Source: Octopus bimaculoides (lineage: Eukaryota). From it: a DNA stretch of 64,000 nucleotides. Below are positions 1 through 10,580 of the stretch, piece by piece. Made by a program: the position numbers and the translations under genes. The notes below the pieces were generated by a model that worked only from the letters and a program-made list of their open reading frames with translations, was not told where the DNA came from and made no database searches. The stretch covers positions 72,583,301 through 72,647,300 of the forward strand of contig NC_068982.1 of the NCBI RefSeq assembly GCF_001194135.2. Direction: 5' to 3'. The first letter of the stretch is position 1. Each line of letters opens with the position of its first letter.

Positions 1-189
1 TCAGAAATGTGCAACCGGATGAATACCTGCCGTCAGGCATCTACCATACTCTGAACATCTTGCTTCCCTGGGCATGGACACAAAGCTCCAATGTCTGGCA
101 ACTAACTTGTTAGACACCTACAAGATTATCTACCATCTTTCCAACAACAACCATGGACACCTTTTTGAATTCCCATAAGTCTAACACTT

Positions 190-578
190 GTGGATTGTTG
201 GCACTCCGTCGCTTACGACGTCGAGGGTTCCAGTTGATCTGATCAACGGAACAACCTGCTCGTGAAATTAACGTGCAAGTGGCTGAGCACTCCACAGACA
301 AGTGTACCCTTAACGTAGTTCTCAGGGATATTCAGCGTGACACAGTGTGACAAGGCTGACCCTTTGAAATACAGGTACAACAGAAACAGGAAGAAAGAGT
401 GAGAGAAAGTTGTGATGAAAGAGTACAGCAGGGTTCGCCACCATCCTCTGCCGGAGCCTTGAGGAGCTTTAGGTGTTTTCGCTCAATAAACACTCACAAC
501 GCCCAGTCTGGGAATCGAAACCGCGATTCTATGACCGCGAGTCCGCTACCCTAACCACTGGGCCGTTGCGCCTCCACT
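190..578 (-). mobile_element. tRNA-derived CORE-type SINE, family C
   Basis: The minus strand begins with a tRNA-like head (A-box agtggttagg, B-box ggtttcgattccc). The body 'aagtggctgagcactccacagac..gtacccttaacgtagttctc' recurs at 3058-3305. Related copies lie at 37135-37735 and 42790-43035. Confidence 0.75.
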
Positions 579-914
579 TCACTTGTGGATATGCTCACAA
601 AACCAAAAACAACACAGTACCCATAACTTTCAGACACATTTTTACACACTCAGAATTGCTGAAACCTGGAGTAAACTACCTGCATCAGTTGTCAGCTGCT
701 GAGATACTATATCCTTCAAAACTTCTATGCTTCCTGAAATTCAGCAACAGTATACCCAATGCTCCCCACCCTGGTTTCTTTCATTTTTTTGTTAAAGACT
801 TTTTTCACTGCTCACTTCCTGTGTATATTCTCTGTACTGTTGATGCAGTTTTGGTTACTTTTCCTGATGCGTTGTAGTGTACCAGAGAACTGTATACAAA
901 AAGTAAGTTCATTT

Positions 915-952
<38 letters not shown>

Positions 953-1495
953 ACTGGAACCCAATGCAGCCCTGCAGCTTGAGAAATTCTGTCAAACCAT
1001 GCCAGCATAAAAAACAGATAGATGATGATGATGGTGAGAATGAATAGAATGACTACCATCAAAATTCAACAATGTATTTCAACGCTCTACCGATTCTGCC
1101 AGCTCATAACTGTAGTATGTCTAGTTTTAGAAAAGATGTTGGTGGGGAGTGACATTGTTTCTAATGTCAGGGTATTTTTACCCATTTCCTGTTTTCCTGC
1201 AGCCCTGGGCTAAAAAGGAATTATGTATGCTGACTGTTGCCATGCATATAGACAATGATACAAGGATCTTTGCATGCCTTCATAGTCTGATGCACATTTT
1301 TGCATGCATGAGTAATGGTGTGCATGCAGAAACAAACTCATTTGAGTTCACTTCATGTCTTTGCGTGCATGTGCATATGTGTGAGCATGTGTGCATGCAT
1401 GCAGGTGTTGATAGTGATAAAATCACAAACACATATATGCAAAGAGATTCACATTTAAATATATATATATATATACACACAAAAATATATATTCT

Positions 1496-1900
1496 TTTAT
1501 TTCTTTCAGTCATTTGACAGTGGCCATGCTAGAGCACTGTCTCGAGGGTTTTAGTTGAACAAATCGACTCCAGGGCTTACTTTTTTAAAGCCTAGTACTT
1601 ATTCTATCGGTCTCTTTTGTCAAACTGCTAAGTTACAGGGATGTAAGCTCACCAACACCAGTTGTGAAGCAGTGATTGGGGGGGGGGCGACAAACACAGA
1701 TACAGAGACACACACACACACACACAAATATATATATACATGACAGGCTTCTTTCAGTTTCCATCTACCAAATCCACTCACAAGGCTTTGATTGGCCTGA
1801 GGCTATAGTAGAATACACTTGTCCAAGATGCCACACAATAGGACTGAACCCAGATCCATGTGGTCGGGAAGCAAATTTCTTACCATACAGACATGTCTGC
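1496..1900 (-). mobile_element. tRNA-derived CORE-SINE, family B, with internal (TA)/(CA) microsatellite
   Basis: Reverse complement of the family seen on + at 35838-36232 and 39155-39550: head 'tgtatggtaagaaatttgcttccc', CORE 'cttggacaagtgtattc', tail 'tagcatggccactgtcaaatgactgaaag'. Confidence 0.8.
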
Positions 1901-1934
1901 ACCTACATATATATATATATATATATATATATAG

Positions 1935-2840
1935 CAGCCTCAAGAAGACCAATATTATGGGTCAGGCTACATCGGACATCCCAAACATACATATTGGAGA
2001 CCACAGACTACAGGAGGTGGAGAAGTTTACCTATCTTGGCTCTAACGTCACCTACAACCTATCCCTTGACGCCGAGCTCAATATACGCATTGGCAAGCAG
2101 CTGCTGTGATGGCCCAAATCTCCAAACAGGCATGGGACAACAATAAGCTGACCAAGACCACAAAAATGAAAATTTACCAGGCACGTGTACTTAGCACTCT
2201 ACTGTATGGTAGTGAGACCTGGACACCATATACATGCCAAGAGTGTTGCCTAAATATCTTTCACCTGCGCTGCCTCCGGAAAATCCTTGGCATCAAATGG
2301 CAGAATCGTGTCCCCAACAAAGATGTCTTCAAGCAAGCAGGAATACCAAGCATGTTTGCACTCCTCATACAAAGACCTATGAGATGGCTTGGACATGTTA
2401 GTTGTATGGAAGATGGTAGAATCCCCAAGGACATACTATACGGAGAGCTTGCTAGGGGCACTAGATCTGTGGGAAGACTGTCCTTACGATACAAGGATGT
2501 TTGCAAAAGGGATACGAAGGCCTGCAACATCAATATTAGCAACTAGGAAGTGGTTGCCAGCAATCATGGAGATTGGTGACGCACCATAGAAGAAAGGACA
2601 CAAAGGAGTGACAGAGGGAGAGAGGAGAAATGGAAAGACAAGAAAAGAGGTCAACAAGAAACTATGACATTACAACCATCCAGGCAAAGTCTTTGCTATA
2701 TTTGCAGCACCTGCCAGAGGGAGTGTTTGTTCAGGATAGAACTCCACAGCCACAGCAGATATATTATGACATGAAATGTAAAAACTGAACTAGATTATTT
2801 TATGCGCAACTCCATTGTCTCCTGAGACAAAAAGGATGCC
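1935..2840 (+). pseudogene. RTE-clade (BovB-like) LINE, 5'-truncated: end of RT, thumb and C-terminus
   Basis: Frameshifted translation gives 'EVEKFTYLGS..LDAELNIRIGK', 'VLSTLLYGSETW', 'FHLRCLRKILGIKWQ', 'RWLGHV..MEDGRIPKDILYGEL..G.R..GR..LRYKDVCKRD', which are characteristic RTE motifs. Stop codons follow position 2546. Confidence 0.93.
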
Positions 2841-2841
2841 A

Positions 2842-2918
<77 letters not shown>

Positions 2919-2973
2919 AACAGAAAACATATATACATGCAAAAGTATATATATACATATATATACAGATATA

Positions 2974-3043
<70 letters not shown>

Positions 3044-3057
3044 TATATATATATATA

Positions 3058-3305
3058 GGAGCACTCTGTTGGTTACAGTGACGAGGTCCCAACTGACATG
3101 ATCAACGAAACAGCTTGCTCGTGAAATTAACATGCAAGTGGCTGAGCACTCCACAGACATGTGTACCTTTAACATGGTTCTTGGGAAGATTCAGCATGAC
3201 AAAGCCAGCCCTTTGAAATACAGGTACTACTCATTTTTGCCAGCTGAGGGAAATGGAGCAATGTGAAATAAAGTGTCTTGTTCAATGACACAGTGCATCA
3301 CCAGG
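3058..3305 (-). mobile_element. SINE family C, partial copy
   Basis: High similarity to 240-400 ('aacggaacaacctgctcgtgaaattaacgtgcaagtggctgagcactccacagac'). It also carries the 'catttttgccagctgag..gagcaatgtgaaataaagtgtcttg' block found at 42890. Confidence 0.8.
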
Positions 3306-3310
3306 AATTT

Positions 3311-5049
3311 TGACAACAAACTATGGGTAAGGAAAGACTCCCCTAATAACTTTGATATCACCATGGGAGCCCCAGATTCAGCACAGATAACTTAGAAGGT
3401 ATTTATTTATTATCATACTTGCAGGAAGAATTTCCAGAAATCAGGAGTGGGCTATACAGGAATGATGCACTATTTATACTAAAAAATGCCTCAAATAAGA
3501 GATTAGAACTGATTAAGAAAAAATTATATAAGTTTTTTAAACGATTTGGCCTAACTATTACTATAGTAAAGGAATATAATTCTATAAACTACTTAGATGC
3601 TAACAGCAACCTAGCCATAGGACTACACAAACCCTACATAAAACCAAATACAAACCTTAAATATATAGATGCATCAAGTAATCATCAAAATTTTATTAAA
3701 AAGGACTGGTACAAAGCATCAGCAAAAGAATTTCACATCTCTCTTTCATCCAAGATATCTTTAATAAGTATAAGGAATTCTACAATAGTGCATTAGAAAA
3801 AGCAGGTTATAAGCAAAAAATTAAATACCTAGACTTAGAACACTATAGAAATAACTGGAATAACATAAATGCCCAAGACAATTATCATAACAGTAACTAC
3901 ACTCCAAATGACACTAACAACCACAAGGACAATATGAACAACATTAATAAGATTAACAGTAATAATAACACAAAAAAAAAAAACAGTAGGAATAATGATA
4001 AGATTCAAACTAAGATAACTAACAACATTAAAAATGATAACAAAAGTAATACCAACAATGTGAAAATTAATAATATTAAGAATACTAATATGACTAATAA
4101 TAAAAATTTAAATATTAACAAGAATAAAAATAATGCACCCCAAAGAACCAATATAACCCCGTTAAGAATGATAACACCAAATTAAATAAATTAAATAAAC
4201 TGTACAGAAATAAACTCAATAAAATTGATAGTAATAATAATAAAAAATAATTATATAGATAGAAATATAATAATCATAACCATAACTTTACACTCTACAA
4301 GAATACTGAGGACAGTTTCTACACCAAAAATAAGAATATTAATAGTAAACAAAATAGCGATAAGATCTGGTTAATAATCTCTTTCACGATGCAGTTTAAA
4401 ACAAACATAGTTCATTCCACAATGTGACATATAGATAAGCACTTGAACTTAAATAATACTCAGAAATCTTTAAGAATAAAATTAGAGTAGGCCATAGCTT
4501 AACTAGTAACCTGGCTACTATCATAGCCTTGATCAACAATAATAAGCTAGAGGCCTTTTATGAAACTAGGAAAAATAACAACATAAAACATAACAACCAA
4601 TCGACAGATATAATAAATGTCATCTCTAATAACTCACCCTCAAATAACACGGACGACCTGATAAATAATAACCCCCCTCAACACGACATATGCACTGATA
4701 AACTTAATAACTTATGTGGCTGCAGAAATAAAAATAAGTGTCAATTCTCCAATATTTGTAAAATTAAAAATATAATATAAATACCAATGCGATGTACTCG
4801 CAAATAACCATAAGAAATCTTATATAGGAGCATCTAAAAACGAAATGATACTTAGATACAATCCCCACCAATTTAGTTTCAGACAAAAATATCAACTATA
4901 GTTTAGAATGGCGTATCCTAGCCAAAACTTCCTTGTATATCATTAACAATAAGTGCTGTGAACTCTGTATAAATGAAGAACTATTTATTTTAATGGCCAA
5001 ATCACTTCTACTTAATAGGAGACATGAAAATAAAATTTTTTGTGCATAA
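3311..5049 (+). pseudogene. Penelope-like retroelement, Naiad/Chlamys-type, RT + C-terminal GIY-YIG endonuclease, decayed and 5'-truncated
   Basis: Motifs in order: 'FDITMGAPDSAQI', 'GLYRNDAL', 'INYLDA', 'PYIKPNTNLKYIDASSNH', 'YNSALEKAGY', 'KIWL..F..QFKTNI' (IWFNPPF-like), 'CGCRNKNKC', 'IIY..SYIGAS', 'WRILAK..KCCELCINEE..LLNRRHENK'. Multiple frameshifts and deletions. The clade call rests on recalled motif similarity. Confidence 0.88.
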
Positions 5050-5779
5050 AGCCCGATTCGTATTCTCAAAGTAATCAATAAACCCACTTTATCCTTTATA
5101 ATCTGCTATCTCCTATTTTAAATGTTATTAGCAAACCTACTTAGCCTCATATTACCCCCCTTTAACCTTTCTACATACCAATTAGCTTACTCAACTCCAA
5201 CCCACATTATAAATTAATTACTGAACTTTATACTTATTCTACATACTACGCTAGCTTACTATTTTCCTATAATTCAATTTAAGTCAAGAGCTAGACTACC
5301 AACACTTTTTACATGCAATAAATTTCCCCTTTCGATCTTGTTTTTTTTATGCACTCTTCAAACCTATTCATTATTCTGGTACATAGTCCATTTACACTCT
5401 ATATCGTACAGATTCTAAATATTATCTTTACCCTTATATTATGGCTTCCATTGAAAATATATGAACTAACTTACAACCTATAAATTAGTGCTACATAGAT
5501 CCATACAACTACACTGGATATCACCAATAGTGATAAATCTCTTGCATTACACTGGTGATCAACTAGCCGAACCAATGGACATGTGAAAGTCAGAGTAGTA
5601 ACTAATTATGAGACCTTAGATTCAACAAACTCTCTTCTAATCTATCCTACAACTGACTTATTGAACTTTGAACATAACTAAAATGTAAGACTATCGAATT
5701 ATTGAAAATTTTATTTTTCCTGTTTTTTCCTTACAATTTCTTTCTCTCTATTCTCCTTTTGTTTATCTTTGCCTTTTTT

Positions 5780-5856
5780 GTTCTGACGATGTCTATCAAT
5801 TGCAACGATGTAAATACATATTTGCCTCAGCCTGATATACGGAAACAACTGTAAAC
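5780..5856 (+). ncRNA. Type I hammerhead ribozyme motif (degenerate) in the PLE 3' region / pseudo-LTR
   Basis: gtt-CTGACGA-tgtctatc-[36-nt loop]-gatatacg-GAAAC-aact-GTA-aac. Stem II pairs 7 of 8 positions, stem I is gtt/aac, and stem III is near-palindromic (ac-aact-gt). It lies about 730 bp downstream of the PLE ORF on the same strand. Confidence 0.7.
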
Positions 5857-6039
5857 TTACTCTAACATACTCTCATCTTAATTGAATTAATTATAACACC
5901 AAAGATCCACTTCTCATTGTTATTTATTTCTCCATTTTCTTATCGTTTTTGTATACATTAAACTACGGTTAACTTTTAAATTACCTACTACCGTATACCT
6001 TATAACAAGGGCCATTCATACTGAGGTAATTACCAGGAG

Positions 6040-6835
6040 TAGTAGCCCTGTCAACCACATTGTTCCACCACCAAGTTACTTTGGGTCGAGAGGGGACTTT
6101 GCACCATCCACAGATCTGGTCAGTGGCTCTCAGCAGGTTGTCCTGTAGAAACCTCCAGTTGTCTTTCACATTATGTGATGCTATATCCCCTTCTATTTCG
6201 TCAAAGGCGTCGAGTAACACGTCTCTAAATCTCTGTCCATTTGCAGGATCTTTAAGCTTCCAGACCCTTCTACTCCAAGCTGGTCTACCTCTGGGCATCC
6301 ATTTAACCCTGATCCCGAAGTCGCTAACAACTAATCTGAGTTGAGGAGTACATTCTTTGCTTGGGAAGGTTTTAGCATTTATAAGCAGTCCTCTTTCCCT
6401 TTTTCTGGCAAGGATATAGTCAATTTGGCTAGTGTGTCTGCCGGAACGGTAGGTGACTAGGTGACAGGCAGGTTTCCTGAAGTTGATATTGCAAGCCATA
6501 AGATCATTTGCATCACAGAACTCCAGCAAACTGGTTCCCTCCTTATTGCGGGAACCAAAGCCATAGCCTCCATGTACGCCATGGAAGCCCCCTGCATGTT
6601 GTCCGACATGTCCATTAAAATCACCAGCCACAAAGAGAAGGTCCCTGTCAATCGTCAATGAGGTAATTTGCAACAGGGTGTCATAGAATTGGTCTTTCTG
6701 CCCATCTGGTAGCCCCGGTTGAGGGGCATAGGCCGAGATAACAGTAGCTAACCTATGATGAAGCACTAGTCTAATCGTAAGTACTCTGACTACCTCAATT
6801 ACCTTATCAACTCATTTCTCCACAAGAAGTATACC
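6040..6835 (-). pseudogene. RTE-clade LINE fragment: AP endonuclease domain and linker
   Basis: The ORF 5981-6766(-) contains 'VISAYAPQ', 'VAGDFNGHVG', 'GYGFGSRNKEG..LLEFC', 'SQIDYIL' and 'TWWWN', all APE motifs of RTE LINEs. The frame is open for more than 230 codons, but no RT follows. Confidence 0.93.
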
Positions 6836-6941
6836 CACGCCCCCGACCCCACCAGTGTTCCCTGCCCATATACATACATGTATATACATATATACATGTA
6901 TCTACATATATACATGCATATACATATATATATGTATTTAC

Positions 6942-6976
<35 letters not shown>

Positions 6977-6988
6977 TACATATATATA

Positions 6989-7413
6989 CCGTAAATCCTC
7001 AAGTATAATCCGCACTTTTTTCCCAAAATTTAAAGGTCAAAATTTCTAGTGCATACTATTTGCGAGGTTAAAAATGAAAAATATTTTCTAAGCAAAATTT
7101 TCTAAGTCATAAATATGTAAAAGCAATTTACTTAATATTTATTTATCACTGACGTTATTACTGTTATTTCTTTATTTTCTGCAAACAAAGTGCACAAAAA
7201 AGCTACACGTTTGCATTAAGTTATATATACAATAAAAATAAAGGACGTTACTGTGTATATGTTTACAAACCAAGGATGTTATATAGACCTCCTTGACTCA
7301 AGTTAGAGAAAGGGAACGTATTATACACAAGGTCTAGATTTTTCAGAGGTACAACCCCCTAAAAATCCCCTGCATATCATACTCAAGGGCGGACTATAGT
7401 CGAGGATTTACGG
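6989..7413. mobile_element. Non-autonomous Tc1/mariner-type (Tc2/pogo-like) MITE inserted in a (TA)n tract
   Basis: Imperfect TIRs 'ccgtaaatcctcaagtataatccgc' and 'gcggactatagtcgaggatttacgg', with TA on both sides (6987-6988 and 7414-7415). Confidence 0.85.
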
Positions 7414-9145
7414 TATTTACGTATATATGCTTACATATATGTATATATATACATATATACATATACACATACATATATATATATACATACATATATATNN
7501 NNNNNNNNNNNNNNNNNNNNNNNNNNNNNNNNNNNNNNNNNNNNNNNNNNNNNNNNNNNNNNNNNNNNNNNNNNNNNNNNNNNNNNNNNNNNNNNNNNCA
7601 CATATACATATATATACACATATATATATATTGAAATACAGTCACACAGGATGTGCAACAAATAACAATTTTAAGCTTGAAATTAACGTTGCATCTATGC
7701 GAAAGAATGTTCTATTTTAGCTTCAAGAGCCAAACCAAACAGTAATAAAGTTAACCATTGTTTAAAGTGTATGGGCAGATGAGTTGTGGCGCTAGTTAAA
7801 GAATGAATATTCTCTATAAAGAAAAGGAGGAGGCAGAGGTGAAGTAAGAGTAGAAGCAATATTTTTCGGTTTTCTTTATTCCAACTGCAATATTAACTCT
7901 TTTATTCCGGCAGTGATATCTTCTTATGCTTTTTTAAAAAATTTTATTATATATATATTTTATCTAATGCTTCTAGGAGCAAGCAGCCGAATAACAATGC
8001 ATAAGTTTGCGAGAAGAACTGTTGTTTTTTTTTTTTACTTTCTCTGTTGTTGTTGTTTTAAATAAACTGCGAATACATCTTATGAATACCTGAAACAGTT
8101 AGAGCAATGTTCAGAATACAATATCAACCATTAATGACATTCAGTGCTTCCTCTTTCATTGAATGTTGCAACTAAATATGGTAAGTTTGAAAAATGGTGA
8201 AGAAAAAAAAAAAAACGAGAGAGAAGAACAAAAAAGAGAAAAACAATGATAGTTGTGGTGGCTAAATTTATGTGTATATATATATTCATTATTTTAACAA
8301 TAAAAATAATAATAATAATTGGGGTAATAATGATAATTTTGAGTAAGATTGTACCACCATGTGAATATCACCAGCTAAGCATAATGGTAATAAAATTCTA
8401 AAATATTCTTCATAGTAGAAATTTGCTATTCAGTTCAGGAAACCTTGCTTTTTTTTTTATATATATAATTTATTATTATTATTATTGTTTTTGATTATAT
8501 TTCAGGTAGCAATGGACACTTTTTTTCATAACTCATTTCAGTTTTCCACTTATTTACATAAACAAAAATATATATAAAAAAAGTTTAAAAGAATGTAGGC
8601 AAGAAAACAACAACAACTAAAATAAAATATGAGAGTGTTTACTTGAAACTAAAATGTTTCCTGAGATTTTTCTGCTGAGCGGACACAAAATTTGTATCAT
8701 TACAAAATAGCAAAAATGCATGCATGCTTGTATGTATGTGTATACTTGTCATAAACCTCATATGTTAAAAAATATTTATTTCCTTCCATGAAGATACCTG
8801 TTTTTTTTACCCATAAAGCAGACTGTAGCAGAAACGATATATAAAAATAATAAAATAAATAATAATCTCTCTCCCTTTGTGTATGTGTGTGCATGTGTGT
8901 GATGAAATGTAGAGGAAAAAATCCTCTATGCATTTTACTTCATACAACTTAACAAAAATTAAGCAAATTTTATATATTAATGCAATGTTTAGTTGTTAAG
9001 TTAAAAAATTTTTGTTTTTTAAATGGACATTTGGTTATAAGTTTGGATTGTTTCAGCCTCAACCCCAGCTCCACCTATGGTTTCTTTACACTGATCTAAT
9101 TGCAGCATAATGTACAAAATATTTTTGTCATCTACCTGATGATAC

Positions 9146-9572
9146 TCTCTCTCTTGTGTCAACGGCATATTCATGCCGTTGACAAATCATGGCTTGTTCC
9201 TCCTCCATTTATTTCTGTCTCTCGCAACATCACCCAGGTCTTTCTCGCTCTGTACGTTCATTCTCTTCTTCATCCAGTCGAACATCTTCATTCTCTGCCT
9301 TCCTCTCGCTCTCCTTCTCACCAGTTCAGTCTCCACCATGTAATGCTCCGTTTCGTCATCCTCTCTAAGAAAATGACCAACAAATCTCCACTGTATCTCT
9401 CTGATAGTATCCATGAACTGTCTCTTCACTTTCATCTTCTACAACACTTCCTTATTTGTCACCCTCTGTACCCATGAAATTCAAGCATTTTTCTATAAAA
9501 CTACATTTCTGCAGCTTTGAGTCTCTTCTCCATGACTTTGCTTATCATCCAAGACTCACATCCATCTTAATG
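9146..9572 (-). pseudogene. RTE LINE 3' segment of a 5'-inverted insertion
   Basis: Minus-strand translation 'GCESWMISKVMEKRLKAAEM*FYRKML..VTNKEVL..QWRFVGHFLR..RRARGRQRMK..ARDRNKWR'. It ends in a perfect hairpin (tgtcaacggcat-attc-atgccgttgaca) and a (GA)n tail. Confidence 0.9.
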
Positions 9573-9932
9573 AGTCATGTGATAAAGATTATTTTGAGAA
9601 TGGAGTTGAATCGAGTGAAAGGTACTATTAGGGGAAACCTATCAGATGAGTAGTTCGGCTATCGAACAGGAAAGGGGACGAGAAATGTTATTCTGTGCTT
9701 GAGGATGTTGGTGGAAAAGTGTATAGAGAAACAAAAAGGCTTGTGCATCTGTTTTATTGACTATGTGAAAGTGCTTGACTGTGTCAAGCATGAAGAGTTG
9801 GTGAGAATGTTGGAAGAACTTGAGATTGATGGGAAAGGTCTAAGAATGATTTGAAATTTGTATTAGGACCAGAAAGGCAGCCATCAGAGTGCATGGAGAA
9901 TTGGGCAACTGGAGTGACATTCAGAAAGGCAT
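9573..9932 (+). pseudogene. RTE LINE RT segment, inverted relative to 9146-9572
   Basis: Plus-strand translation 'LMSHVIKIILR..E*FGYRTGRGTRNVILCLRMLVEKCIEKQK..CFIDYVKVLDCVKH..GELGNWSDIQKG', the N-terminal RT subdomains of RTE. Confidence 0.9.
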
Positions 9933-10502
9933 CCTGATAATACACATAAAGAAAAAAAAAATGCAATAGCACATGGTTTAGGGTTAAAAGAAAGATTTAA
10001 CTCATTCATTACCATATTTCTGTTGAATAATGGTGACAAAAAATTTTAAGAACTTTGTATTAAAAAAAACTAAATATGCAAATTTTGTACATCGTTTTCT
10101 TTAAAATTCCTCATTTTCAATTTCAAATCCTGTTTCCCTTGATTGTCTCTCTTGTAATAGCTGTGACCATTAGAGGGACCACATGTATATACTGTCTTTA
10201 CATGTTTCAATTAAATTTGAAAATAATAAAGGACTTTGTGAAATATCTTTGTCATTATTAATCTCATGTTTGGAACATAAATTAATGCAATTTTAATTTA
10301 GAACACTTTAAAACACTGGTTCTATGGTTCATAGAATTAAGGGTAGTCTCAAGAGGGTTGGTATCTAAGGTTTATTACTGATTTACCTTGTTCACACAGG
10401 GGGAAGAATGGATTTAAGTGAGGCTATATAATTGTCTACTATCTGTCTGTCTTTCTCGTTATACAATAGACATGCGTATGTATGTGTGTGTGTGTATGCA
10501 TG

Positions 10503-10580
<78 letters not shown>

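Noticed and set aside
849-908. Possible small exon ending in aaaa|gtaagt, and an acceptor at 1202
   Set aside because: Splice-like motifs occur frequently by chance in AT-rich DNA. The peptides are unrecognisable and there is no supporting partner exon.
2790-3175. ORFs rich in YI/CV/HT dipeptides (also 10392-10680, 21780-22069, 43376-43856 and others)
   Set aside because: These are translations of (TA)n/(CA)n microsatellites, which lack stops in some frames.
4720-5049. Selenocysteine (in-frame UGA) recoding in the Naiad-type PLE
   Set aside because: Some Naiad elements are reported to use UGA at conserved Cys positions. Here the linker (CGC..C..C) and endonuclease (CCELC) cysteines are all TGT/TGC, so there is no evidence in this copy.
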